Of a DNA stretch of 64,000 nt, positions 36,904 through 49,248 are shown one piece after another (position 1 is the first letter of the stretch; each line of letters begins with the position of its first letter). The translations under genes and the position numbers were made by a program. Source of the stretch: Octopus bimaculoides (Eukaryota); contig NC_068999.1 in NCBI RefSeq assembly GCF_001194135.2, positions 48,032,534 to 48,096,533 of the forward strand, read 5' to 3'. The notes under the pieces were generated by a model. It worked only from the letters and a program-made list of their open reading frames with translations. It had not been told where the DNA came from and ran no database searches.

Positions 36904-39900
36904 TTCATATGTGTGTGTATATACATATATATATATACATATACACACATCCATGGTTCCTCCTTATGATGTCTTTAGCCATTGGATCCTATAAAGGAGT
37001 TGTTGAGGTAGCAAGCCATGAAACATGGTTGGAATTCTCTTACTGAAATTAGAGTGAGTGTAATATGCCAGTGCGTCTTTCATGCCATCAAATACTGTAC
37101 ATTAATATATTGAGATATAAAGGTGGTGAGCTGGCAGAATCATTAGCACACCTGACAAAATACTTCGTGCCATTTTATCTGTCTTTACGTTCTGAGTTCA
37201 GTTTCTGCTAAACTTGACTTTTGCCTTTCATCCTTTTGGGGGTCAATAAAATAAATAGCAGTCGAACACTAGGGGGTCAATGTTAACAACTTATCTCCTT
37301 CCCTCGAAATTGCTGGCCTTGAAATATATGTCACCAATTTCAAGTTAAAACATAATCTCCATTGATGATGACTTCTCACTTACATTTTTTTCTCAGCACA
37401 GAGGTATCTCTGCGTACTTGGTGTACTTGAAATTTACACTTGGAATTGATTAAAAAAAGGCCCTCTACTCCTAATGTAGAGATTCTCTCTTATATGATAA
37501 TGATGATGATGATTCCAAGGACATTGATAATGATGATTGTGATGATAACAAGACAACAACGACAATTTGAAGTAAACCCTATTCAAAATCATCACACAAA
37601 CCTCCTCTGGATGAGTCTCCATGTATTTGAAAGTGTTCTCATCAGCATCGATGATTCGATAGACATAATGATTCAGCTCCACGACAGCTCCGATGTTGAA
37701 GTCCTTGGCACAGTAATATTTTGTGGGTTCTATATTGAATTTTTGCTGATTAGGTAACTTGACTCGAGCTCGTCCGAGAAATATCCCAGTCTTCACACCT
37801 GCAATCAATGCAACAACAGCAAGACATTTAGCATTTGAAGCAGCCATATCCAGCCAAAATAATCTGCCTTTCTTATGTTCAAACTGGCCAGAGTCGGCCT
37901 CTCGTACCTACCCTACAATGTCCTTCTAAAAGTAAATAATCACATAATCAAAAAACTCAAAGCTATGAAATAATGCCTGGTTAATTAAAAGTCAATGTGA
38001 ATAGATAAGCATTATATTTGACAGAGTAATCCAAATGCTAACAGGTAAAAGAAAGAAAACAAACAGAAAAAAAGACCATAATAAAATAAGCATGCAAAAA
38101 CATTCACACACACATACATGCACATTGAAACACACATCATCATCATCATTTAACATCCATCTTCCATGTTGGCATGGGTTGGACAATTCAACAAGATCCT
38201 TTGAGATAGACGATGGCATCAAGCTCCAAAGTCTGCTTTGACAGGGTTTCTATGGTTGGATGCCATCCTAAAACCAACTATTTTTCAGAGAGTAAAAAGA
38301 AGTAAAGTAAGGTTCCTTCCCAAGTCTGTATGACTTGGGAAGGGCCGGTTTCCAAATTTCAGGGACTTCCTCAACCTATTTAAAACAGATTTAGATCTAC
38401 CCCTTACTGCTAAAAGGGCATCATCCCTATATAGACCACCAGTAAGAAGGGGAAAACTGGCTTTAATTTGTGACAGGAGGTATAGTCCGACTAAGTCTGT
38501 TACCTGTGCGGAATCCGATGACCCCATAGTAATATCAAAAAAACCCGTTGAGTCCACCCTTTGCCATTCAACTTTGTTGTATGATATAAGGGTCTCCCTA
38601 GCAGCTAAGATAATGTACCAACTTATAAAATAAAATATGAAATCCCTTGACTGACCTGAATTTGTTTCACCCTTCAAAGTAATTTGAATCGTATCATCTG
38701 CCAAATAGTAATTGATGATGAAATCTTGCTCAGAAACACTGCATTCCTTTGTTAACATTTTGGCTAGGAAACACAACACACGACGGTCCAAACCATCCTT
38801 GTCATATTTCAGAAACTGCATAAAGTTTGCTGGTCTTGACTGTATGACAATCTTGTTGCAGTTTTGAAGGGTCTCCTCTTCGTTGCCAAAACCATTATAT
38901 GGGGGACAAGTATACTGTATTGGCTCAATGAGAGTTTCTTTTTCTTTAATCGGAGTAAAATCAACTGGAAATAGAAGAAAAAGATATATTAAAAGAAAAC
39001 GATGTTAATTGTAACCACATGGTGTTCTCTGAGAGGTAGTTAATATAAGGAGAGATAATCATTCCTGCATAATAACTCGCAGTATTAGAAGTTTGAAATT
39101 TAACAGAGGAGCAAAGACAATGCATTGAATATTTCACACACACGCACACACACACATACATACAAACATACATATATGTTCTGGGTATGACAATATATAT
39201 ACATAGATTTGAACTCAGGCCATAAAGGGGTGTCACTAAGTAGTGCAACACATGGTCCAACACTCTACCAATTCAGCCATTCCTATACTGAATCTATACA
39301 GCCATTTTTATTGATGCTTTGCCAGAACATCGATGATCAGTAAGTGATTAAAAAAAACCCATTACATACCAATTCCATATTTTGTTCTGTAGAAATTCTT
39401 AGTGAACTCATCACAATCACAGAGCTTAAAGGGACGCCCATAAACACTGATGATGTTTCCAAATTGCAAATCTCCAGCTCCATAGTAAGGAATTGTTACT
39501 TCCCCTGTCTTTTTCACAGAAATAGAAGAAAGCATAAAGAGACTTTATTTAAAGAAAAAATACTTTTAGTGTAATAAAATGGTTTTTAACTATTAATTGT
39601 GAGATATTAATTGTGGATATATTTTCTCAGTAAACTTCCTTGGCAGTGAACTTCCCTGGTGGTAAACTTTCTTCACAGTGAATTGATGGGGGTGAACTTT
39701 CCCTATGGTGAATTGTTGGGAGAGAAGTTACCTGTAATCCCTAGGACTGTAGTGAACTCAGTGAGAAGTTAATTTTCATGTAACATAATCTAGGGCAAAT
39801 CAGCCTAGTGAACTCTTTTCCCTGCCCAAGCTATGCCACTTGGACAAATTATACTCAATACTGCAAGTTAACAAAACACTCATGGATTTTATTGTGCTTC

Positions 39901-42690
39901 CACTGTAGTATATATACTTACAGCTAAGAAAACCTGGGCCAATTTGTTAAGTGTTTTGGCTACAGGATTGTTTCTGTAGTGGTAGCATGCTATAAACCAC
40001 TGTGTTATCAATTTAATATGAAAGGAAAGAAGAAGGTAACAAGCTGACAGGATCATTAGCATGTTAGGGAAAATGCTTAGCAGTATTTTGTCCATCTTTA
40101 CATCCTGTGTTCAAATTCCACCAAGGTCAACTTTGCCTTTCATCCTGTCAGGAGTCAATGAAATAAGAACCAGTTGTGCACTGGGGTTGATGTAATCCAT
40201 TCCCCAAAATTTCTGGCCTTGTGCCAAAATTTGAATTCAATATGAAAGGAAGGAAGAGCCACAGTCTCCAAACTACAAGTGGAAGTACACATGTCCAGGG
40301 TGTATGCTTCACAAAATCATACCCAGGCAAGTAAACTTGTGTGTGGTTGTGGTGGTAGTAATGGAGGGGTGAGAAGGAGGAGAACATGGCAGTGGTGGTG
40401 TTAATGTTGGTGGTGGCAGAGATGATGATGATGATGATGATGAGGGTTGTGATGAGAGGTGAGGTTGGTATTGATGACGATGATGATGATGATGATGATG
40501 ATGATGACAATGACAATGAAGTTGATGAGGATGAGGGTGGTGGTAGTGAGAGTGATGTTGGTGATAACGAAGATAAATGATGACAGCTTTAACGCTAATG
40601 TCTGCAATACCAGCACAAATCTGAAGCTAAACAACACAAACCATTTAAAGAAAAATATTTGAGACATTTCATAAAGCAAGGAAGCATGTTTGAAAGCGGT
40701 GTCACCTGTAAACCATCATAAATGTATCGACCTTCTTTGTGCAGGGATCCAAAAACATTCAGTAGAGTGCGGTCACACACCTTTCCTGGAAAGTGGACAT
40801 AGTTTTCTCCCTGGGAAACAACAACATTTTAAATCATTACATATGTATATATGTGTGTGTGTGTGCTGGAAAATTATGTGTGTGTGTGTGTGTGACAGAA
40901 AGAAGCTAGGGGTATGTTTGTGTAACGGTAGTAAACTTGTGAAAACATAGAGATGTGGGTTCAACTCCCATGCATATAGACAACTCTACTTTTTTTCTGT
41001 CAAGGGCTTATATGCCCCAATATTAGACTATTTACCTTAGTCAATGCACGGGGATTGCTTATAAGCTTTAATCTTATAAAATATCATTATTATTATTATT
41101 ATCATTATTAATAGAATTGTAAAATTGATACCACTCACCAAAAAATTCACACACACACGTGTGTATACAATTTTGCATCTTTTCTACAATAATTTCCCAC
41201 AACAATTTTACAATATTTTCTCTATGATTTCCCACAATAATTATATAGATTTTTTACTGTAGCCCTCATGAGAATTTCAGTTTTCCTATTCTAATTTCCC
41301 TAAACAATTTTACAATATTTGCATTATTATTTCCCCACAGCAATTTTATAACTTTCCACAGTAATCCCACAATCATTTTATAGTTTTCCTACAATAATTA
41401 ATTTCTCAGTTATTCTACAATATTCCTATGACAATTTCCCCAACAAAAAATTTAGTTTTCTCACAACAATCCCACAATAATTATATAGATTTCTCACTCA
41501 TGAGAATTTTAGCTTTCCTATTATAATTTACCTAAACAATTTTACAATATTCGCATTATTTTTCCCCAAAGAAATTTTACAATATTCCCACTGCAATTTC
41601 CCCCACAACAATCTTAAAGTTTTCCCACAATAATTTTACTATAATTTCCCACAACAATTTCACAGTCTGACTGCAGTGCTCCAGTAAAACAATAAAAGAA
41701 CAAAAAACTAAAACAATGTAAGAAAACTGACCTTTGGCAGTTTGCCTCGTTTCACTAATATAGGGGACATGTCATTGCCACTGTTTGGAGAAAAGACCTC
41801 CCGGATTTCTATGGTGTCATCAGCTAAGAAATAGAACAAGGTGCAATTATGGACCACGCCGAAATCACTTGCTGTATCATCCCAGACACAAAAGAAACGA
41901 AGGACATGGGTGTCGTGTTCCAAAAACTGTTTCAGAGTGTCGATTCTCTTGTATGGACGTAATGGCAGCTGTTCCTCCTCTAACTAGAGACAAAACAACA
42001 AAAGAAAAACACATGGATAAGAATGGTGGAGATGGTGGTGGTGGTGGTGGTCGTCATCGCTAGTAATGGTGGTACTAATGGTGGTAGTGATGTGGCCATG
42101 CTGGGGCACTGTTGGGAAGGATTTTGCCAAGCAAATCAAACTCAATACTCTTTTTGTCCTTTTCAAGACCGGCACTTATTCTATTGGTCCTCTTGCTGAA
42201 CCACTCAACTGCATGGATTAAACAAACCGACACTAGTTATCAAGCAGTGGTGGGGGACAAACACAAGCACAAAGGCACACCACACATACATACATACATA
42301 CATACATATACAGTGGAAGACTGGGTCTAAAAATATTGGTTACCAGGAGACTAAGGGGGCCCACCCGCTACTATAAGGGGGCCCATCTGCAACTACAATG
42401 CTATCATTTAATCTTTTTCTTTTTTGTTAAAAGTATTCTTTTCAACTGTCTACTTTAAAGATTATAATTGTAATAATTAAATCATTTTAGAAAGCAGAAT
42501 CTTATCAGAGGCAGATATATTGGTATATCACTTTACCTGCCTATGATAAGATTCTGCTTTATAAAATGATTTAATTATTACAATTATAATCTTTAAGACA
42601 CAAATCGAAACAGCTGTAAGAGATTATGTTTATTTTTACAGTTAATAAATATACTTATTAATTGATTTATCTCCATTTTCTTATTTTTCT

Positions 42691-42729
<39 letters not shown>

Positions 42730-44032
42730 GTCAGCTAAATCTTTTAAATGCTCAGGGCTTCTATGAGTCTTGATACAGCCCTGAGTGGGGAACCAAAAGT
42801 ACTGAATTCTGACTTACAGTTTTGCGAAATTTTGTGTATGGATCTTCTGGTATATGGCCTGGATTTGGGATCTTCACACCAGACTTGTACAAGAACTTAT
42901 AAGTGAAGTGGTCACAGTTAACAATCTTGAAAACTTTGCCATAGAAGTTGATTTCCACTCCGATGTTCAAGTCTTCTAAAGAATAGAACTCGCTGGCGTG
43001 TGGTGATGGCTTTGGGATGCGATGTCTGCGAATAATTGTACCTGAAAGTAGAATAACAATGATAAAAATAAATAAATAAAAGAATGCAGTAATAATGTGG
43101 TTTTGAGTTCAGTTCCACCACATGGCACCTTGGGCAGGTGTCTTCTACTATAGCTCTAGACTGAGAAATGCCTTGAGTGAAAATGGTAAACAGAAACTGC
43201 GTGGAATACTGTTGTGCATATATATATATATATCTTCATAATCGTCATCAACAGGACTTATTCTTGTAGGCCTAGTACTTATTCTATCAGTCTCTTTTGC
43301 CGAACCGCTAAGTTACGGGGACGTAAACACACCACCATCGGTTGTCAAGCGATGTTGGTGGGACAAACACAGACACACAAACACGTACATATATACGATG
43401 GGCTTCTTTCAGTTTCCGTCTACCAAATCCACTCACAAGGCTTTGATCTGCCCGAGGCTATAGTAGAAGACACTTGCCCAAGGTGCCAAGCAGTGGGACT
43501 GAACCCAGAACCATGTGGTTCGTAAGCAAGCTACTTACCACACAGCCACTCCTACGCCTGTATGTATAGAAAATTTCATTAAAAAAATATCCATTTTTCT
43601 TAAAGTCATGAGAAAACAAAATCGGAGGCGGGCTTGAAAAAGACAAATTCTGTATTGTTCAATTTAAGAAACAATTTGGCAGTGACACCTACCTTGGTTG
43701 AGTCTACTGTTCTTTCTTTTAATATTGAATACTTCAATGGTATCATCTTCAAGATGGTAATAGATCATGCACTCGTGAATACGATACGTCTCTTCTTTTA
43801 GTTCCTGAACGGACTCTTGATAGTAAGCATTAAAACTGAGCACCTGTCGATCAAAAGCAACCCACGCTGGCATGTTTGATTGCTTGGCAAAACACAGTTC
43901 GGTGCGTACAGGTGGGACCTCCTGCTGTGGGTGAGGTTCGCCTCCGATGCCTGGCTTTGTGTCACCAGTGTAATAGAGCTCATTCTTAATTACTTGGAAC
44001 GACTGCGGCTTGTGGAATTTGGTCTTCCCGAT
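34158..44032 (-). CDS. EFHC2: EF-hand domain-containing family member C2 (3 DM10 domains + EF-hand region; RIB72-type ciliary microtubule inner protein); first coding exon not located
   Basis: complement join(43693-44032,42818-43041,41732-41983,40706-40810,39370-39508,38656-38964,37602-37798,36415-36749,34920-35012,34158-34413) = 2250 nt open, phases match. Motifs [31 protein letters not shown] x3, PPYNGFG. Confidence 0.92.
34920..35012 (-). CDS. EFHC2: EFHC2 exon (TGKIPATS...EELIE)
   Basis: tacag|a ... aa|gtgagt. Confidence 0.88.
36415..36749 (-). CDS. EFHC2: EFHC2 exon (FPQADIRK...SCLHEDRD)
   Basis: tccag|ttt ... cg|gtgagt. Confidence 0.92.
37602..37798 (-). CDS. EFHC2: EFHC2 exon (VKTGIFLGR...[16 protein letters not shown])
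   Basis: tgcag|gt ... gag|gtttgt. Confidence 0.9.
38360..38620 (-). mobile_element. Penelope-like element reverse transcriptase fragment in EFHC2 intron
   Basis: [14 protein letters not shown]...[23 protein letters not shown]...GLYRDDAL; matches the FDVTMGSxDGAExCELVGLY / LYRDDG signature. Confidence 0.78.
38656..38964 (-). CDS. EFHC2: EFHC2 exon (DFTPIKE...[11 protein letters not shown]...YYLADDTI...NS)
   Basis: tccag|tt ... g|gtcagt. Confidence 0.92.
39370..39508 (-). CDS. EFHC2: EFHC2 exon (TGEVTIPYY...[17 protein letters not shown])
   Basis: aaaag|aca (the neighbouring cag acceptor gives an immediate stop) ... g|gtatgt. Confidence 0.88.
40340..40580. repeat. (GAT/GGT)n low-complexity tract
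   Basis: Compound trinucleotide repeat in an EFHC2 intron. Confidence 0.9.
40706..40810 (-). CDS. EFHC2: EFHC2 exon ([21 protein letters not shown]...DGLQ)
   Basis: cccag|gga ... cag|gtgaca. Confidence 0.85.
41165..41665. repeat. Degenerate satellite-like tract (acaatttccc/acaatttt subunits) with about 240-bp higher-order duplication
   Basis: cccacaataattatatagat at 41231 and 41471, followed by parallel ctcatgagaattt...cctaaacaattttacaatatt blocks. Confidence 0.75.
41732..41983 (-). CDS. EFHC2: EFHC2 exon ([11 protein letters not shown]...LRFFCVWDD...KLPK)
   Basis: tctag|tta ... aag|gtcagt. Confidence 0.92.
42455..42596. repeat. Near-perfect inverted repeat (60-bp arms, 22-nt loop)
   Basis: 42455-42514 versus reverse complement of 42537-42596: 58/60 identical. 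Confidence 0.92.
42818..43041 (-). CDS. EFHC2: EFHC2 exon (TIIRRHRIP...[10 protein letters not shown])
   Basis: ttcag|gt ... act|gtaagt. Confidence 0.92.
43396..43560 (-). mobile_element. SINE family B copy
   Basis: Reverse complement of the 30811 element. Confidence 0.8.
43693..44032 (-). CDS. EFHC2: EFHC2 exon (IGKTKFHK...[11 protein letters not shown]...NQ)
   Basis: ttttag|atc ... g|gtaggt. Confidence 0.92.
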
Positions 44033-45108
44033 CTAAAAATGAATTGGATTAATTTATTTTGTCAAACAATAACTAATCCATGAATACAACAAAGACATGT
44101 GTTAACTAAATAATAAATAGAAAATATTGCTAAAGGAGAAAAAAATATATATATATAGTAAAAAGCATATTGTACTATGAAATTCTAGACATACAAAAGG
44201 ATGAGATACTCATAGCTGGAACGCCTTTGGTCATAGTTAATGCTACTCATTCAGAGCTGAACTGGCTCTGAAAAACAATAAGGAAGCCTCCATGTAGTCG
44301 CTCGAAGTGCTAGAAATAGCAACTAAATCTCACTCAATCTGACCTTGCTGTATTCAAAAAGGAAAGACACATTGGATATTGTACTGACAGAGAGACGTGA
44401 TGGTCATAGCTGAAATGTCTTTAAGATCTGAATATCTATTCAACCAGGGTGAACCCAAGGTTAATCAAGGGCTCAAATGATTCATTATCATTTTAAACAT
44501 GATTATTTGATACGTGTTTAACTGATTTTATTGAAACCATTTCAGAATATATTGAATGATATACAAAATGTTAAAGGGAGGTAAATATACCTCTTACGCA
44601 ATAACTTGATAACTAGGTTTTTAGTGGGTGGAAAGGATTCGGATCTTTTGTTCTGAGTTCAAAAACTACTGTGGTCAACTTTGCCTTTCGTTCCTCTGAC
44701 ATCGATGTAACGAAGTACCAGTTAAGTACTGGGTCGACATATCGATTGTTCCCTTTCCTAAAATTTCAATTCGTGTTTTGATTAAATACTATTTGAGTTG
44801 AATTCTTGGCTTAAAATATACTTTGGATGCGTGTCATTTTGTAAATTTGTGAAGGTACGAGGTGCATGGGGGTGGGGAGACGTTACACATCATGGATTCA
44901 AATTTCGTTTTTCCCATTTTGAAGTGTGTGATGCCAAAAAGAAAAAAAAATGAAAAATCCTCGTGGAAACAGAGAAAATCCAACCTATATAGGTGAGGTG
45001 GGAGCTATTCCGAACTCTGCCAATTTTACAACTTCACTTTATGATATTAAATCGAAAAAACGACAATTGAATTGACCCAGTGCAATTACTGGTATTATTT
45101 TATTGAAT

Positions 45109-45147
<39 letters not shown>

Positions 45148-46259
45148 CGATAGATAGATAGATAGACACATACATACATGCATACGTACATACACACATA
45201 CACACATGCATACATACATACATAGGGAGATACAGATATAGTCATTTATAGAAAGTAAATATAAATTCATTTATATACAATGACAATGGAAATGATGAAG
45301 ATGGTGATGATGATGATAACGACGATAATGATGATAATGATGCTTTCAAACTTTAGCGCAATGCCAGTTATTTTTAAGCTGGAAGGATTAGCATCTCCAT
45401 TTTGTTTTATCGTAACTGAGACAATGTGAGGCAAGGTTGAACTCGCCGACATTGGAACCCATAACGTAAAAGCCCTCACCGAAAGAAGCAATGCATTTTG
45501 ACTCCCGAAACATTGTGACACTTCATCACTGAATCAGAGTAAAAATACGTACTTGTATATGTATATGTGAGGGGGGGGATTCTACACACACACAGACCGA
45601 CACACAGGCACACATACATACACACAAACACGTGTGTGTGTGTGTATGTATATATATAAACATACACATATATATATAAACACACACACGTATATATATA
45701 CATACATATGTACTTATATATGCATATATATGTGTGTATATTTATACATATGTATATGTATATATATATATATATATNNNNNNNNNNNNNNNNNNNNNNN
45801 NNNNNNNNNNNNNNNNNNNNNNNNNNNNNNNNNNNNNNNNNNNNNNNNNNNNNNNNNNNNNNNNNNNNNNNNNNNNNNNNNNNNNNNNNNNNNNNNNNNN
45901 NNNNNNNNNNNNNNNNNNNNNNNNNNNNNNNNNNNNNNNNNNNNNNNNNNNNNNNNNNNNNNNNNNNNNNNNNNNNNNNNNNNNNNNNNNNNNNNNNNNN
46001 NNNNNNNNNNNNNNNNNNNNNNNNNNNNNNNNNNNNNNNNNNNNNNNNNNNNNNNNNNNNNNNNNNNNNNNNNNNNNNNNNNNNNNNNNNNNNNNNNNNN
46101 NNNNNNNNNNNNNNNNNNNNNNNNNNNNNNNNNNNNNNNNNNNNNNNNNNNNNNNNNNNNNNNNNNNNNNNNNNNNNNNNNNNNNNNNNNNNNNNNNNNN
46201 NNNNNNNNNNNNNNNNNNNNNNNNNNNNNNNNNNNNNNNNNNNNNNNNNNNNNNNNNNN

Positions 46260-46297
<38 letters not shown>

Positions 46298-48014
46298 CAT
46301 AGAGAGAAAAGCAATAGACGAAGGAGGAAGGTAGGGAAAAGATAGAGGTAGATAGACGGAAGAAAGAGAGGACGATAGAGTGAGGTTAATAAGAAGGGAA
46401 GACTGGGGATAGGAAAGTGAAAGTCGAACGGGAAATGTTATTCTTCGTCCCGGTTAGAGTTGTTTTGTACATTGGGCAGCAAAACGTCTCCAATAATCCC
46501 GGTTTTGAACATAGTCTCCTGCATCTTCAAAAGTGATGCAAATTGCTTCAGATCTTAGATGGTGATACGTCATGTCTTCTTGGGTATCCCTCTCGTTCTC
46601 AGTCCCTCCAATGATACCCATCGTATCAGAAGTTTGACACTGATGAATTTTGTAATGTATTCCAGATAGGCGAGTTCAGTGCCATTGATGTTTTTAATTA
46701 AATTTAAGTGGGTCATCACTTAAGTAAGATGAGCAATGAAAGAGCGTCTACATAGCTTGATCTGCTAGAAATAACAGCTAGATTTCTCTGAAATCACACC
46801 CTACCATTTTAAAAAAGAAATGACAGGTAGCAGCCATCATCATCATCAATTAACATCCTTTTTCCATGCTGGCATGGGTTGGACGGTTTGACTGAGGTCT
46901 GGAGAGCCAGCAGCTGCACCAGGCTCCAATTTAATCGGGCAGAGTTTCTACAGCTGGATGCCCTTCCTAACGCCAACCACTCCGAGAGTGTAGTGGGTGC
47001 TTTTTATGTGCCACCGGCACAGGAGCCAGTAAGGCGGGCCTGGCAACGAACACATTTGGATAGTGCTTTTTATGTGCCCCCGGCACAGGAGCTAGTCAGG
47101 GGGTACTGACATCGGTCACAATCGGTTGGTGCTTTTTACATGTCACCGGCATGAGAGCCAGTCATGGAGACAAGATATTTGAAAAATTGTGCTGGACAGA
47201 AGATAGTCTGTAGTTGTCTGAATCAAATATGTAACTGGTGTTTATTTAACTGAATCTCGGGGTGAAAGGTAAAGTCCACCTTAGCAGGATTTGAACTCAG
47301 AGACCAATAAAAATAAGATGGCAACAAAAGCATTATAAGAATATTGAAAATTTTATTTTATTTGCAAAAATATAGGCTTGTTTTTAACTAGATGCACAGA
47401 TTCTGTAATTTCCCACTTTTCATGGGAGAAGAGAAAGGATTTTGTGACAGGAATAATTTAATCAAAGGCATAATAATGTAAGTGAACTAAACTTTACAGT
47501 CACTGAAACTTGAAATTTTCTTGACAAAAATAAATTTCTTACATTGGCACAAGGCCAAACATTTTATAAGACAAGGATTTTATATATATATGTATATATA
47601 TACATACATTGGGTTGTCAAATAAGCTTGTTTCTCTATTTTTTTTCATTTATTCTAATCTTTGCCATGTTATCTGAATTAACATGAAAAATACTTTTTTT
47701 CATTATTGTGTTTTATGATGTTTTATACTTTTATTCTTCCTTTACAACTTTTGTTTATTGTTTTTGAAATTCGAATGTTTTACCTCTTTTCGGATGTATG
47801 ATGGTGAAGTACCAAGTAGAAAAAACAAACAAACAAAAAACAAGAATTTAACAGACAACCCAATATATATCATTTTCAAACAGCTTGCCGAAACAAGTTG
47901 TACTAGTTGAAAGCTCCGCATATTGGACTCTAGCAGATTTATGGGGTCATCAGGAGAAAATGCCTGCTGTTTTGGGGCCTTCCTCTTGATGACATTATTA
48001 TATATGTATGTATG

Positions 48015-48063
<49 letters not shown>

Positions 48064-49005
48064 NNNNNNNNNNNNNNNNNNNNNNNNNNNNNNNNNNNNN
48101 NNNNNNNNNNNNNNNNNNNNNNNNNNNNNNNNNNNNNNNNNNNNNNNNNNNNNNNNNNNNNNNNNNNNNNNNNNNNNNNNNNNNNNNNNNNNNNNNNNNN
48201 NNNNNNNNNNNNNNNNNNNNNNNNNNNNNNNNNNNNNNNNNNNNNNNNNNNNNNNNNNNNNNNNNNNNNNNNNNNNNNNNNNNNNNNNNNNNNNNNNNNN
48301 NNNNNNNNNNNNNNNNNNNNNNNNNNNNNNNNNNNNNNNNNNNNNNNNNNNNNNNNNNNNNNNNNNNNNNNNNNNNNNNNNNNNNNNNNNNNNNNNNNNN
48401 NNNNNNNNNNNNNNNNNNNNNNNNNNNNNNNNNNNNNNNNNNNNNNNNNNNNNNNNNNNNNNNNNNNNNNNNNNNNNNNNNNNNNNNNNNNNNNNNNNNN
48501 NNNNNNNNNNNNNNNNNNNNNNNNNNNNNNNNNNNNNNNNNNNNNNNNNNNNNNNNNNNNNNNNNNNNNNNNNNNNNNNNNNNNNNNNNNNNNNNNNNNN
48601 NNNNNNNNNNNNNNNNNNNNNNNNNNNNNNCATACATACATACATACATTCATACGTACATACGTTCATACATACATACATACATACATACATACATACA
48701 TACATACACACACACTCACACACATACATACATATATAGAGAGATAATTGCTTATCATATTTGCTGTTTGGCGTATTATACAGTTTATTATTATTGTTTA
48801 TTATCAAGCTCATACCACTGAGTGAAGAAAAATAGACTTCTAGTCTGTTTATTATTATTATTCTATTTTTGTTTTTTATATTCATTTAATTGTCTTTTTA
48901 TTCTATTAATTTCCTTTATTCTATTAATCGAAATGAGTAAAATCTAACTGTATAGAGGTGGGCAGAGTAGTTAAGAAAATTCATATCCTCCAGCTAATAT
49001 CAATG

Positions 49006-49248
49006 CTACAATTCAGTTTTGATCTGTGTTTCTTCTTTGTTGATGTTGTCGACAACACTGACAGCATCAGTGTTGTCTTTGGCAACTCGTATCATTATCT
49101 TGCCCATGTTCTTGTTCGCTTCCATTTTCTCATGTGCGGCATTGATCTGGTCTAGAGGAAAAACACTGTCCATAACAGGCTTCAAATGACCTCTTTCAAA
49201 GTGTGACAAAGTTTGCTGTGAGAAGGCTTCGACAAGTTGACCTTTATA
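49006..49248 (-). CDS. TP53I3: TP53I3 terminal exon (YKGQLVEAF...[10 protein letters not shown]...QIKTEL*)
   Basis: ttcag|tat ... TAG. Confidence 0.93.
   Translation of the reverse strand, partial: YKGQLVEAFSQQTLSHFERGHLKPVMDSVFPLDQINAAHEKMEANKNMGKIMIRVAKDNTDAVSVVDNINKEETQIKTEL

Noticed and set aside
40148-40679. Poly-Met/Asp/Ser/Ile ORFs
   Set aside because: (GAT)n low-complexity intronic repeat
45480-45528. Minus-strand mini-exon (ttcag|tgatg...ttcg|gtgagg) as EFHC2 start exon
   Set aside because: No ATG in the phase-0 frame and no similarity to MALPxLPG; could be UTR only
46440-46700. Minus-strand RGIPKKT-like LINE tail
   Set aside because: Too degenerate to assign by eye
47917-47963. 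Minus-strand CTGATGA...CTAGAGTC hammerhead-like remnant
   Set aside because: GAAA and 3' arm of stem II absent; at most a deleted relic
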